62,435 nt of DNA from contig NC_068989.1 in the NCBI RefSeq assembly GCF_001194135.2, forward strand, positions 39,938,339 to 40,000,773, in the 5' to 3' direction. A model generated the notes under the pieces. That model saw nothing but the letters and a program-made list of their open reading frames with translations. It did not search any database and was not told the origin of the DNA. The translations under genes and the position numbers were made by a program. Position 1 is the stretch's first letter. Each line of letters opens with the position of its first letter. Below are positions 53,249 through 62,435 of the stretch, piece by piece. This stretch comes from Octopus bimaculoides (Eukaryota).

Positions 53249-53979
53249 ATATATATATATANNNNNNNNNNNNNNNNNNNNNNNNNNNNNNNNNNNNNNN
53301 NNNNNNNNNNNNNNNNNNNNNNNNNNNNNNNNNNNNNNNNNNNNNNNNNNNNNNNNNNNNNNNNNNNNNNNNNNNNNNNNNNNNNNNNNNNNNNNNNNNN
53401 NNNNNNNNNNNNNNNNNNNNNNNNNNNNNNNNNNNNNNNNNNNNNNNNNNNNNNNNNNNNNNNNNNNNNNNNNNNNNNNNNNNNNNNNNNNNNNNNNNNN
53501 NNNNNNNNNNNNNNNNNNNNNNNNNNNNNNNNNNNNNNNNNNNNNNNNNNNNNNNNNNNNNNNNNNNNNNNNNNNNNNNNNNNNNNNNNNNNNNNNNNNN
53601 NNNNNNNNNNNNNNNNNNNNNNNNNNNNNNNNNNNNNNNNNNNNNNNNNNNNNNNNNNNNNNNNNNNNNNNNNNNNNNNNNNNNNNNNNNNNNNNNNNNN
53701 NNNNNNNNNNNNNNNNNNNNNNNNNNNNNNNNNNNNNNNNNNNNNNNNNNNNNNNNNNNNNNNNNNNNNNNNNNNNNNNNNNNNNNNNNNNNNNNNNNNN
53801 NNNNNNNNNNNNNNNNNNNNNNNNNNNNNNNNNNNNNNNNNNNNNNNNNNNNNNNNNNNNNNNNNNNNNNNNNNNNNNNNNNNNNNNNNNNNNNNNNNNN
53901 NNNNNNNNNNNNNNNNNNNNNNNNNNNNNNNNNNNNNNNNNNNNNNNNNNNNNNNNNNNNNNNNNNNNNNNNNNNNNNN

Positions 53980-54051
<72 letters not shown>

Positions 54052-55311
54052 ATATACATAAGTACATAAGGATGTAAAATAAGGTGTTTACGAAATGACT
54101 AAAATGGAATTTCTGTCCATATGCTTCCAGCTTATATGTAACTTATTCAGCATGTGTACTTATAGTACACATATTGAATATCTCTGCTATAATAATATAG
54201 GGAATATGCAGGTGACTTTACAAATATAAGCATGCGCACGTACAACGCCACAGATTCATACGAGTGATGGAGTGAGAGTTTATTTGAACATCTCTTGCAA
54301 TGGAACTAATATGCTGCAGGTGGACGGACAAAGGAAATTAATGCTGATGCATGTGAAAATTATGACAATAATTTATAAAGAAACGCTGTATCTATAAGTT
54401 CATTTGTATAATTATCTTCTGAACGACTACCGCTCTCAGAAGATTCTGAAGCAGTTATTCATGTAATCTAATTTTAGTTGCTATGGTTTGTAGGTAACTG
54501 CATAGATTATGGTATAATGTAGTTTTCTTATCCATGATTTAATAGGCTACTGATATCTGAAACTGTTTGGTATTAACATAGATAAGCTTGTATGAAATAA
54601 AAGAGAGTTTAGTTAGTTATGGAGTATAGACGCAGGGTTTGTATGTATAATTAGTAATCATCGCTTTACGAAAAACAAAGTGGCTTTGACGGAATAAAGA
54701 ACATAATTGGATCCATTTGATCTCATTTATATATAAAAGAAAATATGCTACTAGGTAGAAAGTATTAAGATGCGAATAAAAATTTGAAAATACAGTTTAG
54801 TTAGAGACAGAAGTTAAGCTGATACTGGCAATTAATGGAATAGATTGTGAAAAGTTTATTGAAGCATAAATTTATTATCCTTGTTTAATATGTCCATGAT
54901 CGATGCTCACTACAAATTAATATACGACATGGTAGCCTGTAACAAGTATTCAATTCATCACTGGCAGATTAATACAGTTAATCACGAGCCATAAAATACT
55001 TATGGCTAAATTATACTGATTTCGATGAAAGTGCATAATCCATTCTCTATTGACCTCGCCTCAAAGAATAGATACCCCTTCACTCTAAAAAGATATTATT
55101 CAGTAAAAGAAATTTCACACAGTTATTGCAAGGATCCTTCATTTATTCTAAGCCCTGTAAAAGAACTCGCAAGTTTGCCCCCCAGCCAGACTTTTTGAGA
55201 TTCCCTTAAAGCTAAGGATTTTCAGCACTCCCTCGTATACTAAGATATATATGGAAACATGCTAAGATATATAAACAAATGTTCACAAAAAAGCCTCACA
55301 GGGTTCAGGAG

Positions 55312-55475
55312 AGGAGTATGTCGATTACATCGAACCCAGTGTTCAACTGGTATTCATTTTATCAATTCCAAAAGGATAAAAGGTAAAGTCGACCTCGACA
55401 GAATTTGAACTCAGAACGTAAAGACGGACGAAATGCCGCTATGGATTTTAACCGGCATGCTAAGCTCTCCGCCTT
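55312..55475 (-). mobile_element. SINE family A
   Basis: aaaggtaaagtcgacctcgacagaatttgaactcagaacgtaaagacggacgaaatgccgc. Confidence 0.85.
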
Positions 55476-55559
55476 AGTCATAATTTAAATATTGACTTTT
55501 CTTAATTCTTAGTTTATTCAATCTTATATAAAATTACAATTACAAAAGCTTATATTTCC

Positions 55560-55905
55560 CGTGTGGTAAGTAGCTTGCTTACNNNNNNNNNNNNNNNNNN
55601 NNNNNNNNNNNNNNNNNNNNNNNNNNNNNNNNNNNNNNNNNNNNNNNNNNNNNNNNNNNNNNNNNNNNNNNNNNNNNNNNNNNNNNNNNNNNNNNNNNNN
55701 NNNNNNNNNNNNNNNNNNNNNNNNNNNNNNNNNNNNNNNNNNNNNNNNNNNNNNNNNNNNNNNNNNNNNNNNNNNNNNNNNNNNNNNNNNNNNNNNNNNN
55801 NNNNNNNNNNNNNNNNNNNNNNNNNNNNNNNNNNNNNNNNNNNNNNNNNNNNNNNNNNNNNNNNNNNNNNNNNNNNNNNNNNNNNNNATATATATATGTA
55901 TGTGT

Positions 55906-55938
<33 letters not shown>

Positions 55939-56145
55939 TATTTATGTTTGTACCCCCACCATCGCTTGACAACCGATGCTGGTGTGTTTACGTCCCCGTA
56001 ACTTTGCGGTTCGGCAAAAAGAGACCCGATAGAATAAGTACTAGGCTTATAGAGAATAAGTCCTGGGGGCGATTTTCTCGACTAAAGGCGGTGCTCCAGC
56101 ATGGCCGCAGTCAAATGACTGAAACAAGTAAAAAGAAAGGAAAAA
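55560..56145 (+). mobile_element. Family B SINE spanning a gap
   Basis: Head gtgtggtaagtagcttgcttac, gap, then (TG)n and gcttgacaaccgatgctggtgtg...ggcggtgctccagcatggccgcagtcaaatgactgaaacaag. Confidence 0.8.
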
Positions 56146-56298
56146 GAAAGGTTTATTAAAATCAAAAATGAGATTCTTTGAAATTAGCAAATGCCTAATG
56201 CAATAGATTTTACCTGAGTTTATCAGGTCAAGTGAAAGAGAAGCTATTTTCATCTCGAGAAGACTAAACTCTACACATCACTAATATTAAGAATGATT

Positions 56299-56514
56299 AA
56301 GGTGGCGAGTTGGCAGAATTGTTAACACGCTGGGCTAAATGCTTAGCGGCATTTCGTCCGCCTTTATGTTCAAAGTTCAAATTCCGCCAGATCGACTTTG
56401 CTTTTCATGCTTTGGAGGTCGACAAAATTAGTGCCAGTTAAGCACTGGGGTCGACGTAATCGATTAACTCCTTCCCCCGAAAAAGTTAGTCTTGTGCTAA
56501 AATTTGAAACCAAT
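56299..56514 (+). mobile_element. SINE family A
   Basis: aaggtggcgagttggcagaattgttaac...aagttcaaattccgcc...gactttgcttttcat...ggggtcgac. Confidence 0.9.
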
Positions 56515-57397
56515 ATCAAGAACGATTGAAATAATAAGCGTAATTAATGTATCAATTGTGGTTTCAGTGATAATTATGCTTTCATTAAAACCATGAATAA
56601 TTTTGCTAAACGTTGAAACTATACAATGAACAGACAAATTAGCAATAGTTTATTCGTTTTTATTGATATGTTTTCGAATGTCAATTAGTCATATGAGGTG
56701 TTATTCACAAAACAACGTATTCACAATGTGGCCGAAATATCCAGAGAAAACTAGTGAACGAATTCCAAGCCTAATTGCACCAAATCATCAATACTAATAT
56801 CCACAAATTTGCTTACATTGTATGGCATGTTTTATTTTGAAAATAATATAGGTAATTGATCGATGTATTTACCATTAATATTTTAGATATTGTTTTGAAT
56901 TTGTTGGAAATGCATTTTGAGTTAATTAAGATTAAGGATAAAACATAAACTGATAAGTTAAAAAAATTAGAACACTACATTGATCAAAATCATAAATGGT
57001 GAATATATTAAACACAGCGTTCAGCGTCAGAACTTGAACATTCGTAGATGAGGCATTTGACATCTTCTATATTTGCATACAATTGAATCGTTATTTACCG
57101 AAACTTAAAAACAATAGATTTATCCTAACAGAGCATAATAATTAAGAGAAAAAATTGTGATGGAGTAAGAGGATTAACAGATGCTAATACTACGAATGTG
57201 GCATAAATGATAGGAAAACTAGTGCACGAGGCCCTGATAGTATTAGTAATAAATCAAAAAACTTTAGCGTCGTTGAATCAAATTCATACGAAATATATAC
57301 AAATATGACCATATACAGCAGGAGCTGGGAACTTCATCGACTTAAAAGCCATTTTATCTTTTGTAGCTCTATAATAATTATTATTATCATTATTATT

Positions 57398-57607
57398 TCT
57401 ACTCTACGCACAAGGCCTTGAAAATTTTGGGGAAAGGGGGCTAGTCAATTACATCGACCCAGTGCGTCACTGGTACTTATTTCATCGACCCTGAAAGGAC
57501 GAAAGGTAAAGTCGACCTCGGTAGAATTTTAACTCAGAACACGAAGACAAACGAAATACCTCTAAGCATTTTGTTCGACGTGCTAACGATTCTGCCAGCT
57601 CGCCTCC

Positions 57608-57610
<3 letters not shown>
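57398..57610 (-). mobile_element. SINE family A
   Basis: Full reverse-complement copy ending gctaacgattctgccagctcgcctcctt. Confidence 0.9.
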
Positions 57611-57650
<40 letters not shown>

Positions 57651-57699
57651 CACCACCACAACCGCCACCACCACCACCACCACTAACAACAACAACATT

Positions 57700-58220
57700 A
57701 AATACCATGGTGCAGTAGAAGCTAGTGACTCTCATGGTTTCTGATCTTAACTAATTGGAAGTGTTATCATGTACATTGTTTTGTCTTGGAAGAAAGAAAG
57801 GGTTACAGCAAATATCCTGCTCAATATCAGAGATTTACTTGTCAGTTATTTGACCTTAACCAGTTGGGTATATCCTTTAGTAGCTGACGATATGTGCATC
57901 TCTGATCACGAGCAGAAGTAGTGGGGGAGCATTCTTTGGGGTTCGGATAATTCATCTTTGGAAACATGGGTACTTCGTTCAACATTCTTAAACAACCCTT
58001 ATTCAGGTACCTTTTGAGCGGGATGGGCTACTCGATCTGAAGAAAATTCTAAATGGGCCCCACCTGCAAGGTCATGCGCTGTGTATCTTGATATGAGATC
58101 CCCATGTCGCGCACATATGGTTGTGATGCATGTGCCTGGTGTACCTTTATCAGACGGGTAGCCATGATGGGTATAATGGGCTTCGTATATTTTGCCCCTG
58201 TGTCACTCTGATGGCATACA

Positions 58221-58223
<3 letters not shown>
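57700..58223 (+). mobile_element. Second copy of the (AAT)n-embedded ~500-bp element
   Basis: Collinear with 43409-43901 and retains ~50 bp missing from that copy; (AAT)n tail. Confidence 0.75.
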
Positions 58224-58288
<65 letters not shown>

Positions 58289-60312
58289 TGATGAAGAATA
58301 GCAGAGCTGCATACTTTATTTAAAAAAATGCAAAAACATGAATTTAATTAATTTTTCTTGTGCAATGCAAGTTTTAGTTTTTGATTTTATCAGCAATTAC
58401 TTTAACGTCTGAATCATAAGTCGTGGCTTCTATTTTAATACAAGGCTTTGCTCAGATAACTTTGTGAGCTACTCTGATTTCATTAGAATCATTTACGTTA
58501 AAATTTGTAAATTGATCTTTTGCAGGTAGGTTGATCACAAAATCGATATAATATTCTATGTCAATTTTATTCCAATGTTTTTATTATTATCCGGTTTTGA
58601 ATTCCAAACTTTGGACACCAGGTTGTCTGACCTCCAAATCTCTCGAATTTTGTTCCATTTCTTGTTTGGTCTTTTTTTCGCTAGTTTGTACTTCTGACGG
58701 TAGACTTTTTTGATTTGTTTTCGTATCTTTTTGTTTATTGTGACACAATTTCTTATCAGCTATATTGGTTATTTCTTTTCCAAGTTCAGACTAACTAACC
58801 TCTAGAAATGCCAAATGTTGTTGCTTTTGTTTTTAATTACTAAAATCTGTAACTCTTTTGCTGAATTCATTTTACTGGATTTCCGGAAATAGCTTTTGTT
58901 GATTTTTTTAAAGTATCCAAAACAATAAAAATGAGCTAATGTTTACTGTTTTGATGTCCTTCGCAGACAGTGGTAATTTTCCTTGAAGATATTTGTTATA
59001 CAACTTTAAATGACTTACCATGTCCAACACGAATTACTTTTCCAGCCATTACGGAAACTTCTTGTTCGAAACAGTTATTATAGTTACCAATAAGAGGTTA
59101 TATGAAATGTATTATTTATTTTATACAACATGTAAATCTTTTCAATGCATCATCTTTAGAAGCCAACTGATGTTATTATGTAGAAATAATTCTTAATAAG
59201 TCCAATCAACCTCTTCTAGTAATGGGCAAAATTATCAATGATTTAGATCTCTCACCATTACCTTCTTTACAATATCGATAGCAGGATTCATAGTACTAAA
59301 TAATTTTGCAGAGAAAGTTGGAGCGCAGGGTGCTTCTTATCAAGTCAAATATGAATTCAACTAAGTATACCAAATATTTTTGTCCTTTATTCTCTCAGTA
59401 AAAGTTCATTAAATTATTACCGGAGGCCTTTAGCATAACTTCTTGACAACAATGAGATTTGTTCAACATTATTTACATTGTAAGACTTCACTGGAACTGA
59501 ATTTATTTTATTGATCTGCTGTTCAGTAATACTCCATGTCAGAGAATTACTTTTTTTGTTCTTGTTCTTGCTGAGAGAAGAATTTGTATGAGTGGCTGAA
59601 TTATATAAATTTTTGTTGCTGAAAGTGGAAATTAAACGCCTAGAAACATTTAAGATGGTATCTTTTTATATATATTCTTCTCCGGCAATTTATTTTCTCG
59701 ACTTAACATTTTCTATCAAAATTATTACTGAGTTTTCAAACAATCTCAACCATGATAACAAATTTATTTTAGAACTACAGTGATATTAGCAGGCACGAAT
59801 TTTTGTCAGCTAATAGCTAATCCTTAAAGTCTTTGACATTACTAAAGCAATAAAGAATCAAGCTTATGCTTGTTTGTTCAATTACCAATGGCTCACTCAT
59901 CTTTATATACAACCGTGAATGAAATATTTGCAGAACCAACCAGCAATCATTGATATGCCAGACGCCAAATATCTACATGAAAATGATATATTTGTTTGTT
60001 CATAACATAAAAATATCAACACGGGCTAAAAAGGCGCGGGCTCTAAACTCCTTATACACAGAAAATGATATAGTTGAATATATAGTCTATAACTTACGTG
60101 AAGATATATTTAAAGAAAGGGCATGTCGAGCAACAGCAATATTTCACAATTGTACATGTGCATGCAGAGATATTGACCAGCTCTAGATCCTGAAAGCAAG
60201 ATTCAGACCATTTATCAACATGAAGGGAGTCTCCTCTTTGTTACTTTTGAGAATAATTTTCATTAATAGTCATCAATTTTCTCTTCATTATGGTAATAAT
60301 TTGTGCTGATTA

Positions 60313-60525
60313 AAGGCGGCGAGCTGGCAGAAACGTTAGCACGCCGGGCGAAATGCTTAGGGGTATTTTGTCTGGCTTTACGTTCTGAGTTCAAATTCCG
60401 CCGAGGTCGATTTTGCCTTTCATCCTTTCGGGGTCGATAAATTGAATACCAGTTGCGTACTCGTGTCGATCTAATCGGCTGTCCCCCTCCCCCAAAAATT
60501 TGTGCCTTGTGCCTAGAGTAGTAAA
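60313..60525 (+). mobile_element. SINE family A, best-preserved copy
   Basis: A box tggcagaaacgttagc, B box gagttcaaattcc, and central gcctttcatcctttcggggtcgataaa (resembles the MetaSINE domain as I recall it). Confidence 0.92.
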
Positions 60526-60689
60526 GAAAAGAATAATTTCAACTGATTAAACATTATTTTCCGAAAACGGTATTAAATATATTATCATGCACTTAACTAT
60601 AAACAGTTAATGCAGAAGATATTTCTTCAGTCCTAATACAGAAAGTCCTTCAGAAGAAATTTAATATCTATATCCATCATTCATCCTCT

Positions 60690-61040
60690 GTAGAATAATA
60701 CCACCGAACACATTATCTGATTGATAGAGAAATTTGAGAGAATAACACCGCTGTATAGGGTGGCTACATAAGGAATGTGTTTGGAGGCGAGAATTTACGC
60801 TGACCATCGTGCATGATATTAGTAGAAGTTGAAGTGTTTCAGCTTCCTTGGCAAATGGAAACCGAAAGCCCTGCACTAAGGACAGCCACTTCACTACTGT
60901 TCGGTTTTATATTTGTTCCAAGTAAGTCAGATGTTCACAGAAGAAAATTTTATAATCTGCACCTTCTACGATGTATCGTGTAAGGTGTAGGTTGTCGTCA
61001 ATATACTTGCGGTTCTGCACGATCCCAGCCACTCTATTGA
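60690..61040 (-). mobile_element. Highly decayed L1/Tx1-like RT fragment
   Basis: YIDDNLHLTRYIVE and MVSVNSRL...IQRCYSLKFLY resemble DNLHL.RY and VNG...RQGCPLSPLLY. Confidence 0.45.
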
Positions 61041-61965
61041 AATAGTAATAACTTACATACAGTACAGAAGTCTGAGGTTATAGCTAAAAACAAATTGAAC
61101 TGCATGAATAAGAAATTTGAGTGAAAGAGGCGTAAAATTAGTAACATTATGTTCTGTACAGTTTTATTTCGACCACACGACACCAACATATTTTCATACA
61201 GCTAAGTTTTGTAGACAAACAATACAGACAGAAGCATATAAGTAAGAGAGGAATAAGAGAAATTCACCTTTCGTTGATACAAACAGCTCCGTAGTTGTCT
61301 ACACAGTTTGGAACATACGTACATCGTTGTTAATCTCTGTTCATCCAAACGTCTTAAATGCTGAATTTTATTTTTAGCATAGGTCTATCTTCTTTTTATA
61401 TATGAACACAAATACATATGTCGCTTTAGGCAAATAACGAAAGCGCATTGAATGGAAATATTATATGTTAAGATATAATCAGAAGAAAGTTGCCAAAAAG
61501 GTCAAAAGTCTTTGCTTCATGTATACTGATATGTGTTCGGGCGTATGTGTATGTATGTATGTATGTATGTATGTATGTATGTATGTATGCGTTTAGCTGA
61601 AATAAATTATAGTTTTTATTATTGATACTAGCTTCTTCGATATCATTACAAGCATTCACCTTCCTTGACATACAATACAATTCTATTAATAAATACTAAG
61701 AAAATTATCGATCACATATATTTGGTTCTGTATATTCTGAAGTTATTTGGTTTGTAGAAATATATGTCAGTCAATCTCAGATTTGAAAGATATCGGCTGT
61801 ACATTTTAATCCAGAGGATTTTTAGAATATTACTCGTCAAATAATCTAAAACAAGGTCACACTAAGCGATATCAAAAAGTAATATCACACCAGTTCTGTA
61901 AAACTGTGTACTTGTATAGTATGTGTATGTGTAAAGCATCTATGAGATATATTAAGGAGAAAAAT

Positions 61966-61984
61966 TCTTCTTCTTCTTCTTCTT

Positions 61985-62077
<93 letters not shown>

Positions 62078-62078
62078 G
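61966..62078. repeat. (TTC)n followed by (TAT)n; the (TAT)n run is the tail of the adjacent LINE
   Basis: Directly visible. Confidence 0.95.
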
Positions 62079-62435
62079 TTATCTTTGCACAGCTTATAAC
62101 GCTGGAGATGTACAGCAGCGTCAGCTGTTCACTATCAGTGCACTAAGGTAACACCTCTTATTTTTCGAGCACCTTCCGGAGTATTCGAGCGGTTCCAAGC
62201 AGTGCTCTTTTCTGCAAGTGCTCCACCCTTATTGCAGCACCTATTTCTGCTCTGTCAAGTCCATACTTGTTGCAGAGTGTCCAATGGACAAGCCTGGCTA
62301 TATTGTCGTGGCGTCTCTTATATTCCTTCTGGGCTAGTGGCGTACATTGGCTGGTATTATGCCATACTGTTTCACCGTTTTATCCACAAGGTTCTGCACT
62401 TATCACTTTCTGCTGTGTTGTCTACTCTGTATATT
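62079..62435 (-). mobile_element. 3' end of the same R4/Dong family as 49136-51772, with 3' UTR and an internal deletion
   Basis: Nearly identical to 51185-51370, joined directly to the equivalent of 51701 onward; reads KYGLDRA|EIGAAIRVEHLQKRALLGTARILRKVLEK*, then 3' UTR and (AAT)n. Confidence 0.92.

Noticed and set aside
54230-55200. 56-57-codon open frames with N-glycosylation-like motifs
   Set aside because: Weak splice sites and lengths within chance expectation.

Overview
Repeat-dominated, AT-rich animal DNA with many N gaps, most of them flanked by microsatellites. The SINE families and microsatellite load suggest an octopus (cephalopod) draft assembly; this is an inference from recalled repeat families, not a database result. 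I found no recognisable host protein-coding gene, and most ORF-track entries are microsatellite or gap artefacts. Decayed transposons that can be supported: two mariners (one full-length with TIRs), a near-full-length RTE LINE, four R4/Dong-type RLE LINE pieces, a Helitron Rep/PIF1 remnant, an L1/Tx1-like RT fragment, two LINE 3' ends, a Penelope-like ORF N-terminus and about 20 tRNA-derived SINEs. The main signal outside the ORF track is about ten type-I hammerhead-ribozyme motifs or relics (CUGANGA...GAAA...GUH) in about eight unrelated sequence contexts. Several have palindromic stem III and sit in long foldbacks, in a 471-nt terminally redundant unit, or behind a tRNA B-box. All folds were made by eye and are untested. 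Weaker signals are an (AAT)n-targeted noncoding element, an antisense SINE bracketed by splice sites, and candidate minus-strand exons.
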